64,000 bases of DNA from a bacterium. GTDB taxonomy: Bacteria; Zhuqueibacterota; Zhuqueibacteria; Residuimicrobiales; Krinioviventaceae. The position numbers were made by a program, and so were the translations under genes. The notes beneath the pieces were generated by a model. The model did no database searches, was not told the DNA's origin, and saw nothing but the letters and a program-made list of their open reading frames with translations. Shown here piece by piece: positions 18,742 through 29,605 of this stretch; positions within the stretch are counted from its first letter, which is position 1; each line of letters opens with the position of its first letter. The DNA lies in the NCBI GenBank assembly GCA_963675755.2, contig CAXXMD010000002.1:2272001-2336000 (forward strand). The letters run 5' to 3'.

Positions 18742-19731
18742 ATGCATTTCAAGTCTGTCAAGTGGCTTGTAGTATTTACAATTTTTGTATCTTTACTTTT
18801 TACCGGTTGTGGCGGCGGCGGTAAAAAAGTGGTTACTTTGAAAATCGCGCATGGTCTGAATGAACAGCACCCTGTACACAAAGGTATGGCGTTTATGGCC
18901 CAAAAAATCTTTGAACTTTCAGACTCTACCATGGTTATGAAAATTTTCCCTAACGAACAATTGGGTAATGAAAAAGAATGTATTGAGCAGCTCCAAATCG
19001 GTAGTCTGGATATGACCAAAGTATCAAGCAGCGCGCTTGAAAGTTTTGTTCCTGAAATGGGTGTATACGCAATGCCGTTTCTGTTCCGCGATGAAGCCCA
19101 CAAATGGGCAGTATTTAACGGCCCAATCGGACGCGAACTGTTAGACTCTGGCGAAAGCTCTGGCCTTAAAGGTCTCGTTTATTACGATGCCGGCGCTCGT
19201 AGTTTTTACACCACAAAAACTCCTATCCTCAAACCCGAAGACCTCCAGGGTCTCAAGATCCGTACCCAACAGAGTCCTATGGCTATTAAAATGATCCAGG
19301 CTCTGGGTGGTTCAGCTACCCCCATCTCCTGGGGCGAACTCTATACCTCATTGCAGCAAGGTGTAGTAGACGGTGCCGAAAACAATGCACCCAGCTTGTA
19401 TACCGCAAACCATTACGAAATTGCTAAACATTATAGTCTGGACGAACATACTGCCGTTCCCGATGTTGTTCTGATCAGCACCATCACCTGGAACAAACTC
19501 ACTCCCGAACAACAACAGATTGTACAAAAAGCAGCCGAACTTTCTGTTGATTACCAACGTAAAGTATGGAAAGAATTTGTTGATTCATGTCTGAAAGAGA
19601 TGGAAGAAAAAGGCCTCAAAGTTTACCATCCTGAAAAAGGCCCCTTTATTGAAAAAGGCAAAGAACTCTGGAAAGAGTTTGACGGCACCAAAATTGGTGA
19701 TTTAACCAGCAGAATTCTTGAGGTACAATAA
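18742..19731 (+). CDS. dctP: TRAP transporter substrate-binding lipoprotein
   Basis: Lipobox FTGC; HPVH, QLG.EKE, GARSFY, GLKIR, ELYTSLQQGVVDGAENN. ATG at 18742 follows GGAGG. Confidence 0.95.
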   Translation: MHFKSVKWLVVFTIFVSLLFTGCGGGGKKVVTLKIAHGLNEQHPVHKGMAFMAQKIFELSDSTMVMKIFPNEQLGNEKECIEQLQIGSLDMTKVSSSALESFVPEMGVYAMPFLFRDEAHKWAVFNGPIGRELLDSGESSGLKGLVYYDAGARSFYTTKTPILKPEDLQGLKIRTQQSPMAIKMIQALGGSATPISWGELYTSLQQGVVDGAENNAPSLYTANHYEIAKHYSLDEHTAVPDVVLISTITWNKLTPEQQQIVQKAAELSVDYQRKVWKEFVDSCLKEMEEKGLKVYHPEKGPFIEKGKELWKEFDGTKIGDLTSRILEVQ

Positions 19732-20219
19732 TGCTCTTAAAATTGAAATTAGGTCTTGATAAATTTTTAGAATATTTAACAGCAGCATCGATGGCCATTC
19801 TGGTCATCGATGTTACCTGGCAGGTTATTACCCGTTTTATCATGAAAGATCCCAGTTCATGGACTGAAGAACTGGCAATTTATCTGATGATCTGGGTAGG
19901 GCTTTTGGGCTCTGCTGTAGCGCTGCATCGCCATGCGCACCTGGGTATTGATTACTTTGTTGGCAAACTTGAGCCAAAGAAAAGACTTTATACAGAAATT
20001 TTTGTATATGCGTTTGTTACTTTCTTTGCAGTATCCGTTCTTTTTATTGGTGGCATCCAATTGGTATCGCTTACGCTGCTACAAAAACAGATTTCACCCG
20101 CTCTGGGAATACATGTAGGTTATGTATACCTGGCAGTTCCTATTGCCGGTTTTTTCATTACCATATATTGCATTGAATTTTTAATCAATACTTTTAAAAC
20201 GATAAAAAGCATTATTTGA
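19731..20219 (+). CDS. dctQ: TRAP transporter small permease
   Basis: QVITRF, WTEELA, HLGID; four TM; between dctP and dctM. Confidence 0.93.
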   Translation: MLLKLKLGLDKFLEYLTAASMAILVIDVTWQVITRFIMKDPSSWTEELAIYLMIWVGLLGSAVALHRHAHLGIDYFVGKLEPKKRLYTEIFVYAFVTFFAVSVLFIGGIQLVSLTLLQKQISPALGIHVGYVYLAVPIAGFFITIYCIEFLINTFKTIKSII

Positions 20220-20247
20220 ACGAATTTATAAATAAACAGGAATATTT

Positions 20248-21546
20248 ATGGACTGGCCCCTAATTACTTTATTATCAACATTTTTGATATTACTGGTTTT
20301 AAATGTACCTATTGCGTTTTCAATCGGATTGTCCACATTATTCACCATTTTTGCGATCGGCGGACTGCCTGGGTTTAAGCTTGTAGCGCTTACCATTACA
20401 ACGGGTATTGACAGCTTTGCTCTGCTGGCTATTCCCTTTTTCATTCTTGCCGGACAGCTCATGGGACGTGGTGGTATTGCTCGCCGTTTAATCGACTTTG
20501 CGAATGTGCTGGTTGGTCGGTTTCCGGGTGGACTCTCTTATGTAAATATCATGACATGTATGTTCTTTGGTGCAATTTCCGGTTCCGCGGTTGCCGCTGT
20601 TTCCAGTGTGGGTGGTTTCATGATCCCGCTGATGAACAAAGAAGGCTATCACCGTGATTTCAACGCATCAGTTACCATTACTGCTGCAACAACCGGGCTG
20701 TTGATTCCACCAAGCAACGTTATGATTGTTTACTCTTTGGCAACCGGTGGTGCTGTTTCTATTGCCGCTATCTTTTTAGCGGGTTTTCTGCCCGGTATCT
20801 TGATGGGTCTTGGCCTTATGGTTGTTAGCGGTTTTATTTCAATCAAAAAAGGTTACGGAAAAGGCGTTACCTTTGGTTTCAAAGAAAGTATTGTAAAATT
20901 CTTAATTGCAATACCAGCACTTTTTCTAATTGTATTGGTTATGGGTGGTATTCTTGCAGGTATTTTTACAGCTACTGAAGCTTCAGCCATCGCAGTAGTT
21001 TACGCGTTTTTCCTCTCGGTATTTGTTTATCGTGAAGTTAAACTCAAAGATTTGCCAGACATCTTTTTGCAGTCAGGTATTACCACAGCTGTTGTTATGC
21101 TGCTCATTGGAACCTCTATGGCAATGTCATGGGTACTCGCTTACCAGAGCATCCCGCAAGACATTAGTGCAGGTCTCTTGAGTATTAGCAACAATCCTAT
21201 CATTATTCTGTTGATCATCAACTTGTTGTTGTTGTTCGTTGGAACATTTATGGACATGACCCCGGCGGTACTGATCTTTACTCCCATCTTTTTGCCTATC
21301 GTTATGAATCTGGGTGTACACCCCATTCATTTCGGTATTGTTATGATCATGAACCTTTGTATCGGTATTTGTACCCCACCGGTTGGATCATGTTTGTTTG
21401 TAGGATGTGGTATTGCTGAAACCACAATTACCAAAGTAATTCGCCATATATTACCATTCTTTATGGCAATGATTGTTGTATTGTTCATTGTTACCTATAT
21501 ACCCAAGATATCATTGCTGGTACCGAGCTGGTTCGGATTTAAATAA
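20248..21546 (+). CDS. dctM: TRAP transporter large permease
   Basis: LAIPFFILAG, GAISGSAVA, LIPPS, FTATEA, TPPVG motifs. Confidence 0.95.
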   Translation: MDWPLITLLSTFLILLVLNVPIAFSIGLSTLFTIFAIGGLPGFKLVALTITTGIDSFALLAIPFFILAGQLMGRGGIARRLIDFANVLVGRFPGGLSYVNIMTCMFFGAISGSAVAAVSSVGGFMIPLMNKEGYHRDFNASVTITAATTGLLIPPSNVMIVYSLATGGAVSIAAIFLAGFLPGILMGLGLMVVSGFISIKKGYGKGVTFGFKESIVKFLIAIPALFLIVLVMGGILAGIFTATEASAIAVVYAFFLSVFVYREVKLKDLPDIFLQSGITTAVVMLLIGTSMAMSWVLAYQSIPQDISAGLLSISNNPIIILLIINLLLLFVGTFMDMTPAVLIFTPIFLPIVMNLGVHPIHFGIVMIMNLCIGICTPPVGSCLFVGCGIAETTITKVIRHILPFFMAMIVVLFIVTYIPKISLLVPSWFGFK

Positions 21547-21566
21547 AAATTGACTGGTCCCTCAAA

Positions 21567-22616
21567 ATGCCAATGACTATAGGTGATATTGCAAAATTAG
21601 CAGGAGTGTCGCGGGCTACCGTTTCAGGTGTTTTAAATAATAGCCCAACGGTTAGCAAAAAAACACATGAACGGGTTATGGCGATAATTAAAGAACATAA
21701 TTATCGTCCAAACGAAGTTGCCCGCGCTCTGGCTCTCAACAAAACAGGCATTCTTGGACTCTTGGTCAAAGATGTATCCAACCCGCTTTACAGCAAACTT
21801 GCCCTGGGTGTTGAAGAGATTTGCGATGAAAATGAATACAATCTGATCATCAGCAACTCTCATGTAGACTGGGAACGACAGGTAAAAACTATCAACCTGT
21901 TAAAACGCAGACGTGTAGACGGATTGATCATTTTCCCACTGCAAAAAGGTCACGACCCTGTACAGATCAAAGACCTGCAAAAAGACAAGTTTCCATTCGT
22001 ACTGCTGGCTGAATTGCCGGGTATTGAAGCGGATCTTGTAAGGGTTGATGATGAAAGTGGTTCGTACCAGGCTACATCGCACCTGTTAAAGCTCGGGCGT
22101 AAACACATAGCCTATATCAGCGGTCCCGATCTTGCCCTTGCCAGTGAACGTCGTTTAAAGGGATACAAAAAAGCATTAGCACATTATGATGTACCCTTTG
22201 ATGAAAAAATGATACGTAAAGGCGGATGGCGTCTTGATGATGGCTACAACGCAGGGCTGGAACTATTGGGCTGTGACTTTCAATGTCCCGATGCTGTATT
22301 TTGTTACAATGATTCGGTGGCTATAGGATTAATAAGGGCATTTATGGAACGCGGTAAACGTGTTCCCGAAGATGTTTCAGTAATCGGTTTTGACGACACG
22401 GGAGTAGCATCATATTTAGAAACATCTTTGACAACTGTGGCTCAGCCCGCAAAGGAAATAGGCCGCAAAGCAACAGAATTGCTTTTAAAACGTATCAAAA
22501 ACCGGAACAAAACAGTTAAACCGCATAAAATTCTGATCAATACACATTTGATGGTACGTGAAACATGCGGCGCAAATTTAAAAGGCAGCGTTAAAGCCCA
22601 GGTTCCAGTGGATTAA
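21567..22616 (+). CDS. LacI-family transcriptional regulator
   Basis: TIGDIAKLAGVSRATVS.VLN HTH, Y.PN..AR.L hinge, VPEDVSVIGFDD. Confidence 0.95.
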   Translation: MPMTIGDIAKLAGVSRATVSGVLNNSPTVSKKTHERVMAIIKEHNYRPNEVARALALNKTGILGLLVKDVSNPLYSKLALGVEEICDENEYNLIISNSHVDWERQVKTINLLKRRRVDGLIIFPLQKGHDPVQIKDLQKDKFPFVLLAELPGIEADLVRVDDESGSYQATSHLLKLGRKHIAYISGPDLALASERRLKGYKKALAHYDVPFDEKMIRKGGWRLDDGYNAGLELLGCDFQCPDAVFCYNDSVAIGLIRAFMERGKRVPEDVSVIGFDDTGVASYLETSLTTVAQPAKEIGRKATELLLKRIKNRNKTVKPHKILINTHLMVRETCGANLKGSVKAQVPVD

Positions 22617-22780
22617 TGTTGTTTGGCCTGTTTGACGTTTAATTTTTATTCAGTTTTTAATTTTCCGGAAAATACCGGAATTTTAAAAAGTGATTTGTTT
22701 TACAATATGTTATATAAATTAATAAATGCAGCAGATCAATCCAAAATTTGTTGCATTCCCGTTTAGACTGGAGGTATTTA

Positions 22781-23560
22781 TTGAGTTACGTAGAAAACAT
22801 GTTTAGTTTAAAAGGACAGGTTGCTGCCGTTATTGGTGGTGCCGGTGTTCTTGCCGGTGAAATGGCCCATGGACTGGCAAAAGCCGGTGCAGATATTGCC
22901 ATTCTCGACCTGAATCTTGAAAATGCAGAAAAGATGGCTGCTTCTATTCGCGAGCAGGGTGTTAAATCTATAGCAATCAAGGTAGATGCTACATCTAAAT
23001 CTGATCTTGAAAATGCAGAAGCACAAATTCGCAAAGAACTGGGAACCACAAGTATTTTAATCAATGCACCTGGTATCAATTCCAGCACCCCATTTTTTGA
23101 AATCACAGAAAACGAATGGGACAAAATCATCCAGGTTAACTTGAAAAGTATTTTCATGGCTTGCCAGATTTTTGCAAAACAAATGATTGACGACAAGGTC
23201 AAAGGCAGCATTATCAATATTTCTTCTGCTTCTTCAGGCCCACCACTCTCCAAAGTATTCACTTATGGTGTAAGCAAGGCAGGAATAAATAATATGACAC
23301 AATACCTGGCACGTGAATGGGCAACACAGGGTGTACGTGTAAATGCAATTGCCCCCGGATTCTTTCCGGCAGAACAAAACCGCAAAATCCTGACCCCGGA
23401 ACGTACAGAATCCATTATGCGTCATACTCCCATGGATCGTTTTGGTGACGCTGAAGAATTGGTTGGTGCTACAATCTGGTTATCGTCAGAAAAAGCTGCT
23501 TCCTTTGTTACCGGCGCGCTGATCCGCGTTGATGGTGGCTATACAGCAATGACAATATAA
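22781..23560 (+). CDS. SDR oxidoreductase, fructuronate reductase/gluconate 5-dehydrogenase-like
   Basis: GGAGVLA, YGVSKAG (YxxxK), [20 protein letters not shown]; TTG start after GGAGG. Confidence 0.85.
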   Translation: MSYVENMFSLKGQVAAVIGGAGVLAGEMAHGLAKAGADIAILDLNLENAEKMAASIREQGVKSIAIKVDATSKSDLENAEAQIRKELGTTSILINAPGINSSTPFFEITENEWDKIIQVNLKSIFMACQIFAKQMIDDKVKGSIINISSASSGPPLSKVFTYGVSKAGINNMTQYLAREWATQGVRVNAIAPGFFPAEQNRKILTPERTESIMRHTPMDRFGDAEELVGATIWLSSEKAASFVTGALIRVDGGYTAMTI

Positions 23561-23603
23561 TATAAAAATTAATATAAAAGCGATAGAGAAGGAGATTTAC
23601 AAT

Positions 23604-25055
23604 ATGAGCAAATGTGATATCGGCCTGATTGGTTTGGCCGTTATGGGCGAAAACCTGATTTTAAATATGGAAAGTCATGGTTATACTGTTGCAGCTTTTA
23701 ATCGTACAACTGCCAAAGTTGACAATTTCATGAATGGTCGCGCCAAAGGTAAAAATATTGTTGGATGTTACAGCATTGAAGAACTGGTTTCTAATCTTAA
23801 AACCCCTCGCCGTGTTATGTTAATGGTTAAGGCAGGTAAACCGGTTGATGATTTTATTGAAATGATCATCCCCCATTTAGACAAAGGTGATATCATCATC
23901 GATGGTGGTAACAGTCATTTTCCGGACACAATTCGTCGTACCCAGTACCTTGAAGAAAAAGGTTTGCAATATATCGGTACCGGTGTTTCCGGTGGCGAAG
24001 AAGGCGCTCTCAAAGGTCCTTCAATCATGCCCGGTGGTTCACCAGACGCATGGCCGCACGTTAAAGACATTTTCCAGGACATTTCTGCCAAAGCTATGGG
24101 CGAACCCTGTTGTCAATGGGTTGGCAGCGATGGTGCAGGTCACTTTGTAAAAATGGTACACAATGGTATCGAATATGGTGACATGCAGATGATCTGTGAA
24201 GCCTACTCTTTAATGGAAAATGTTCTTGGTTTATCTTATGATGAAATGCACAAAATCTTTGATGAATGGAACAAAGGCGAACTGGACAGTTATCTCATCG
24301 AAATTACCCGTGATATTATGGCTAAAAAAGATGAAGAAACCGGCAAAGCCATGCCAGAAGTTATTCTTGACACTGCTGGCCAAAAAGGTACCGGAAAATG
24401 GACCAGTGTTGCAGCACTGGATATAGGTATTCCCGCGCAGACGGTAGCCGAAGCTGTATTCGCACGTACCATGAGCGCAATCAAAGAAGAACGCGTTGCC
24501 GCATCCAAAGAACTCAAAGGCCCGGATGTAAAATTTGACGGCAACAAGGAAGAATTCATTGAAATGATTCGTAAAGCATTGTACGCTTCCAAGATTTGTT
24601 CTTACGCTCAGGGGTATCAATTGATTAGAGCTGCAGCGGCTGAATACAACTGGGACCTGAAATATGGTGAAATCGCTCTTATGTGGCGTGAAGGTTGTAT
24701 CATCCGTGCGCAATTCCTCGGAAAAATCAAAGAAGCTTTTGACAATAATCCTGAATTAGCAAACTTGCTGCTTGATCCGTATTTCAAAGGTATCATTGAA
24801 AACAATCAGCAAGCATGGAGAGCCGTTATTTCCAAAGCTGTTGAAATGGGTATTCCTGTACCAGCTTTCAGTAGCGCATTATCTTATTTTGACGGTTACC
24901 GCAGTGAAAGATTACCCGCTAATTTACTTCAGGCACAACGTGATTATTTTGGCGCTCACACCTACGAACGTGTTGACAAACCTCGCGGCGAATATTTCCA
25001 CACAAACTGGACTGGTCGTGGCGGCAGCACATCAGCTTCTACTTATGTAGCTTAA
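23604..25055 (+). CDS. gndA: NADP-dependent 6-phosphogluconate dehydrogenase, paralogue 2
   Basis: [48 protein letters not shown]. Confidence 0.97.
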   Translation: MSKCDIGLIGLAVMGENLILNMESHGYTVAAFNRTTAKVDNFMNGRAKGKNIVGCYSIEELVSNLKTPRRVMLMVKAGKPVDDFIEMIIPHLDKGDIIIDGGNSHFPDTIRRTQYLEEKGLQYIGTGVSGGEEGALKGPSIMPGGSPDAWPHVKDIFQDISAKAMGEPCCQWVGSDGAGHFVKMVHNGIEYGDMQMICEAYSLMENVLGLSYDEMHKIFDEWNKGELDSYLIEITRDIMAKKDEETGKAMPEVILDTAGQKGTGKWTSVAALDIGIPAQTVAEAVFARTMSAIKEERVAASKELKGPDVKFDGNKEEFIEMIRKALYASKICSYAQGYQLIRAAAAEYNWDLKYGEIALMWREGCIIRAQFLGKIKEAFDNNPELANLLLDPYFKGIIENNQQAWRAVISKAVEMGIPVPAFSSALSYFDGYRSERLPANLLQAQRDYFGAHTYERVDKPRGEYFHTNWTGRGGSTSASTYVA

Positions 25056-25062
25056 TTTTTAC

Positions 25063-25094
25063 AGACCTTTGGGTTTATGACCCAAAGGTCTTTT
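25063..25094 (+). terminator. Hairpin/terminator after gndA
   Basis: AGACCTTTGGGT-ttatg-ACCCAAAGGTCT-TTT. Confidence 0.75.
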
Positions 25095-25139
25095 ATTACA
25101 AAAGAATGATAATATCAATATTATAATTACAGGTATAAA

Positions 25140-26399
25140 ATGGTAACAGGATTCGGTTCTACAGAAAAAAAGCTCGACGAAAAACAGATATTAGACATCT
25201 GTACCGAGGGCTTGAAAAATTATGATTTAGACAATAAAAAAATTCTTGCGGTAATACCAGACCATTCTCGCACGGCTCCCATCGATGTTATGTTTCGTAC
25301 GGTATATGGGTTGCTTGCAGACAAGGTAGAATTACTTGACTTTATTGTAGCATTGGGTACACACCCCCCAATGTCGGATGAAGCAATCAACCATCGTGTT
25401 GGCATTACCCAGGAAGAAAGAACCACAACCTATCCCAAAGCTCGCTTTTTTAATCATCACTGGAAAGATCCCAACCAGCTTGCAGTCATTGGAACGCTTT
25501 CTGAAGATAAAGTTGCAGAAATTTCAAATGGTCTGTTAAAGCAAAAAGTGGATATAACCATCAACAAGATGGTACTGAATTACGATTATATACTCATCAT
25601 TGGTCCCACATTTCCGCACGAAGTTGTTGGATTCTCGGGTGGTACCAAGTACCTGTTCCCCGGAATTGCGGGACAGGAAATCATCGACATGTTCCACTGG
25701 CTGGGTGCGCTCATTACGAATCCCAAAATTATCGGTACAAAATATACCCCGGTCCGCAAGGTAGTTGATGAAGCGGCAAAAATGCTCCCCGTCAAACAGA
25801 TTTGCGCAAGCCTGGTTGTTAAGGGATATGATCTGGCAGGATTGTATATTGGTGATCCCAAAGAAGCATGGGAAAGTGCTTCAGACTTGTCAGACAAGCT
25901 CCACATTGTATATAAAGACAAACCTTTTCACACGGTTCTCTCTTGTGCGCCTGAAATGTATGATGACTTGTGGACAGGCGGTAAGTGTATGTATAAACTC
26001 GAACCTGTGGTTGCTGACGGTGGCGAACTGATTATCTATGCACCCCATATCAAAGAAGTCTCTATTACCCATGGTGAGCACATTGAAAAAATTGGTTATC
26101 ACGTTAGAGATTATTTTGTAAAACAGATGGATAAATTTACAGATGTTCCGGGTGGTGTAATGGCACATTCCACACATGTACGCGGTATTGGAACATTTGA
26201 AGACGGTGTGGAAAAGCCCAGAATTAAAGTTACTCTGGCAACTCAAATTCCACCAGAGGTCTGCGAAAAAATCAACATGGGATATCGTGATCCCAATACA
26301 ATAAATAAAAATGATTTCATGGATCGTGAAGATGAAGGCATTTTATATGTTGCCAAAGCTGGTGAAATGCTTTACAGACTCAAAGATGATCCATTTTAA
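25140..26399 (+). CDS. LarA-family (nickel-pincer) racemase/epimerase, probable sugar-acid 2-epimerase
   Basis: IPDHSRT, ALGTHPPM, PHEVVGFSGGTKYLFPG (Lys for NPN attachment), downstream His (FHWLG). Confidence 0.85.
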   Translation: MVTGFGSTEKKLDEKQILDICTEGLKNYDLDNKKILAVIPDHSRTAPIDVMFRTVYGLLADKVELLDFIVALGTHPPMSDEAINHRVGITQEERTTTYPKARFFNHHWKDPNQLAVIGTLSEDKVAEISNGLLKQKVDITINKMVLNYDYILIIGPTFPHEVVGFSGGTKYLFPGIAGQEIIDMFHWLGALITNPKIIGTKYTPVRKVVDEAAKMLPVKQICASLVVKGYDLAGLYIGDPKEAWESASDLSDKLHIVYKDKPFHTVLSCAPEMYDDLWTGGKCMYKLEPVVADGGELIIYAPHIKEVSITHGEHIEKIGYHVRDYFVKQMDKFTDVPGGVMAHSTHVRGIGTFEDGVEKPRIKVTLATQIPPEVCEKINMGYRDPNTINKNDFMDREDEGILYVAKAGEMLYRLKDDPF

Positions 26400-26439
26400 T
26401 TAAGATAAAAAATAAATAGAAATATGTGGAGGATTTGCA

Positions 26440-27729
26440 ATGCCGGCAAATAAAAATGTGGTTGTTGCTCAATCCGGTGGTCCGTCTCCGGTTATCAATA
26501 ATACCCTGCGCGGTATTATTGAAACATGTAAAATGTTTCCGGATAAATTTGAGAAAATTTACGGCGGATGGCATGGTATTGAAGGTGTGTTAAAAGAAGA
26601 ACTGTTAGATATCTCTGCCCAAAAAGAAGAAGAAATCAGCTTACTTCGCAATACTCCCGCAGCAGGTTCTATCGGTTCCTGCCGCTATAAACTCAAAGCC
26701 CACCAGGAAGAAGATTTTGAAAGGGTTGTAGAGGTTTTAAAAGCTCACAATGTAGGCTATTTTTTCTATATCGGTGGAAATGATTCCATGGATACCGCAA
26801 ACAAGATCGCCAAACTGGCCCATGAACGGGGTCTGGATTTGATCGCAGTGGGTGGTTCCAAAACAATTGATAACGATGTAGGTGACTCTGAATTTAAACT
26901 GATTGACCATACACCCGGTTACGGTAGTGTTGCCAGATACTGGGCTTTGAATGTTCAAAACGCAAACGAAGAAAACCTGGGTTCTAGCCCGGCTGATCCT
27001 GTTCTCGTTTTACAGGCAATGGGTCGCAAAATCGGTTTTATCCCTGCTGCAGCTCGTCTTGCTGATCCCAAACGCGAAATGCCATTACAGATTTATATGC
27101 CTGAATCAGAATTGACACTTGATGAATTGACCGACAATGTAAACGATGAATTGAATAAAAGTGGTCGCTGTGTTGTCGTTGTAAGTGAAGGCCTGAATGT
27201 GGGTGATATTGGCGAAGTTAAAGACTCTTTTGGTCATACCGAATTCAGTTCCAGTATGTTTACGGCTCAACAGGTTGTTGTAAACCATCTGAACAAAGTA
27301 GGTATCAAAGCCAAAGGTGCTGCACGCGGACAGGTTTCAGGTACCGATCAAAGAGATACAATTATCTATGCTTCAACCGTAGATTTGGATGAATCATACA
27401 AAGTTGGACAAAATTGTGTTGTAATCGCTTTGGAACATGGCTCAGGTTACATGTCTACAATCTTACGTAAACCCGGCCTTATTTATAACGTTGATTTTGA
27501 TAAAGTTCCTCTTGATCTTGTTGCTAATTCAGAACGCGAATTCCCCAAAGAATGGATTTCAGCAAATAAATATGATGTAACTGATGAATTTGTTAAATAC
27601 GCGCGCCCATTAATTGGTGAAGATTGGGTAAGTGTTCCCAAAATTAACGGATTACAACGTTTTGCACGTTTTGAAAAAATATTTGCCGGACAAAAATTAC
27701 CCAAATATGTTCCGGAAGGTGAACGTTAA
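26440..27729 (+). CDS. PPi-dependent PfkA-family phosphotransferase
   Basis: QSGGPSPVIN, GGNDSMDT (Asp), KTIDND (Lys), MGR, VSEG: PPi-type signature. Confidence 0.88.
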   Translation: MPANKNVVVAQSGGPSPVINNTLRGIIETCKMFPDKFEKIYGGWHGIEGVLKEELLDISAQKEEEISLLRNTPAAGSIGSCRYKLKAHQEEDFERVVEVLKAHNVGYFFYIGGNDSMDTANKIAKLAHERGLDLIAVGGSKTIDNDVGDSEFKLIDHTPGYGSVARYWALNVQNANEENLGSSPADPVLVLQAMGRKIGFIPAAARLADPKREMPLQIYMPESELTLDELTDNVNDELNKSGRCVVVVSEGLNVGDIGEVKDSFGHTEFSSSMFTAQQVVVNHLNKVGIKAKGAARGQVSGTDQRDTIIYASTVDLDESYKVGQNCVVIALEHGSGYMSTILRKPGLIYNVDFDKVPLDLVANSEREFPKEWISANKYDVTDEFVKYARPLIGEDWVSVPKINGLQRFARFEKIFAGQKLPKYVPEGER

Positions 27730-27767
27730 GCAGTAATTTTAAATGATAAACAAAAGGAAAAAACCAT

Positions 27768-28652
27768 ATGTCTGATCCACAATCGGTTCTGAAATCCATG
27801 GACCCTAAACATAAATTTCTTATTGCCATTGACTCTGATGGATGTGCTTTTGATTCAATGGAAATTAAACACAAAGAATGTTTTATTCCCAATATCATCA
27901 AATACTGGGACTTGCAGCCAGTCTCCAAATATGCACGTGCAGCTGCTGAATTTGTAAATCTCTATTCCAAATGGAGAGGAATTAACCGTTTCCCGGCATT
28001 GACCATGACTCTCGATCTTTTGAAAGATTGGCCGGATGTTCAGAAACGTAATGCAAAAATCCCTGAAGCTCAGGCTGTACGTGACTGGATTGAACGTGAA
28101 ACCAAACTTGGAAATCCTGCATTGATCGCTGAAGTAGAAAAAACTCAGGATCCCGGTTTGAAACAGGCGTTGGAATGGAGTGAAGCTGTTAATAATACGG
28201 TTACTGATATTGTGTACAATGTACCACCATTCCCCTTTGTACGCGAAAGTCTGCAAAAAGTAGCTGAATGGGCAGACATTATTGTTTGTTCTGCAACACC
28301 TTATGAAGCTCTTGAACGTGAATGGAAAGAGCATGATATTGCACAATATACACGCGTAATTGCGGGTCAGGAAATGGGCAATAAAAAAGAGATCATCCAT
28401 ATGGCTGCCGATGGAAAATATGATATGGATAAAGTCATAATGATTGGTGATGCTCCTGGTGATATGAAAGCGGCAAAAGCAAATGAAGCATTATTCTTTC
28501 CCATTAAACCGGGACATGAAGATGAATCATGGGAGTTCTTTTTGAACGAAGCTGCTGATGTATTTAAAAATGGTAATTACAATTCAGATTATGAAGCAAA
28601 ACTTATTGCTGAATTTGAAAAATTACTGCCTGATACTCCCCCATGGAAATAA
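27768..28652 (+). CDS. HAD-superfamily hydrolase
   Basis: Motif I DSDGC, motif II SAT, motif IV MIGDAPGD. Confidence 0.88.
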   Translation: MSDPQSVLKSMDPKHKFLIAIDSDGCAFDSMEIKHKECFIPNIIKYWDLQPVSKYARAAAEFVNLYSKWRGINRFPALTMTLDLLKDWPDVQKRNAKIPEAQAVRDWIERETKLGNPALIAEVEKTQDPGLKQALEWSEAVNNTVTDIVYNVPPFPFVRESLQKVAEWADIIVCSATPYEALEREWKEHDIAQYTRVIAGQEMGNKKEIIHMAADGKYDMDKVIMIGDAPGDMKAAKANEALFFPIKPGHEDESWEFFLNEAADVFKNGNYNSDYEAKLIAEFEKLLPDTPPWK

Positions 28653-28668
28653 TTACATAGATATAAAA

Positions 28669-28705
28669 AAAAAAGGGCATCCTGTTTAACAGGTTGCCCT
28701 TTTTT
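28669..28705. terminator. Bidirectional terminator
   Basis: A-run-GGGCA.CCTGT/ACAGG.TGCCC-T-run between convergent genes. Confidence 0.85.
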
Positions 28706-28724
28706 AATATAATATACAACTTGT

Positions 28725-29279
28725 TTAATTTGCAGAGGTTAAGAAATCCTTAGGTATAACCTCTTTAACACCTAATTTCTGAATGGTTTCTGAAGTAAAT
28801 TTATCTTTCAGGTAATCATAATGGGTCAGATTCAAAATAATGGTTTTTTGATCTGCTTCTTCAATATAACCCAAAAGCGCTCCGGATTGAATATAATCCA
28901 TAGATGAAGTTACTAATGCGATTTGTTTTTCTTTACATTTTGATAAAATGTACAATTTGTTTTTACTGTTTTCAAAAATGTAATCATCGTAAACTACCAA
29001 CACACTGTTATTGCCGATTTTTTTGGTACCATTACCAATGTCTGAAGCATCATTAATGTCATAGATAATAGCCTTGACACCAAATTGCACAGTTGCACGT
29101 GAAATTTTGTCTTTTTCTTCAGCAAGGTTATCTCTTGAAATAAAAATGTTTAATTCCTGTGCTTCAGGAAACGCTTGCTTTACTAAATAAAACAACTGCA
29201 TACTGGAAACTTTGGCAAATGAAGGCATAGCAAACACAAGAATCCCTGCAACTACTCCAATCATCTTGGCAATTTTCAT
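28725..29279 (-). CDS. Secreted protein, weak YfiR/ABC substrate-binding-like fold
   Basis: Signal peptide; C-terminal SGALLG....K.IILNL pattern. Confidence 0.5.
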   Translation of the reverse strand: MKIAKMIGVVAGILVFAMPSFAKVSSMQLFYLVKQAFPEAQELNIFISRDNLAEEKDKISRATVQFGVKAIIYDINDASDIGNGTKKIGNNSVLVVYDDYIFENSKNKLYILSKCKEKQIALVTSSMDYIQSGALLGYIEEADQKTIILNLTHYDYLKDKFTSETIQKLGVKEVIPKDFLTSAN

Positions 29280-29339
29280 AGTCTCTCCTTTTTATGGATT
29301 TGAATAGTGATTATATTTATTATCTTTTGAACTGTTTTA

Positions 29340-29355
29340 AGCAACTAGTATGCCA
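29340..29355 (-). promoter_or_regulatory. sigma54 (-24/-12) promoter
   Basis: Minus strand TGGCAT-ACTAG-TTGCT, correct spacing, about 60 nt upstream of the 29279 start; AT-rich tract upstream. Confidence 0.7.
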
Positions 29356-29605
29356 CATGAATTACAAAAATGTTATTAATTTGTAAAATATTGTCGAAAA
29401 ATAACTAATTTACGTACAATCCAGATTAACGCAAATCATTTAAAAACAATAAATTAAACAAACTCACAACTTGAACATTTAAGAATAGTTTATTTTTAGT
29501 ATATATTACGTAAATTTTTAATTATTTTATTATTAAAGTGTGACATGATATGGTCAAGTGTGATATAAAAGCAACAAGTTTTATAATTATTTTGGTTTCA
29601 TGGAT

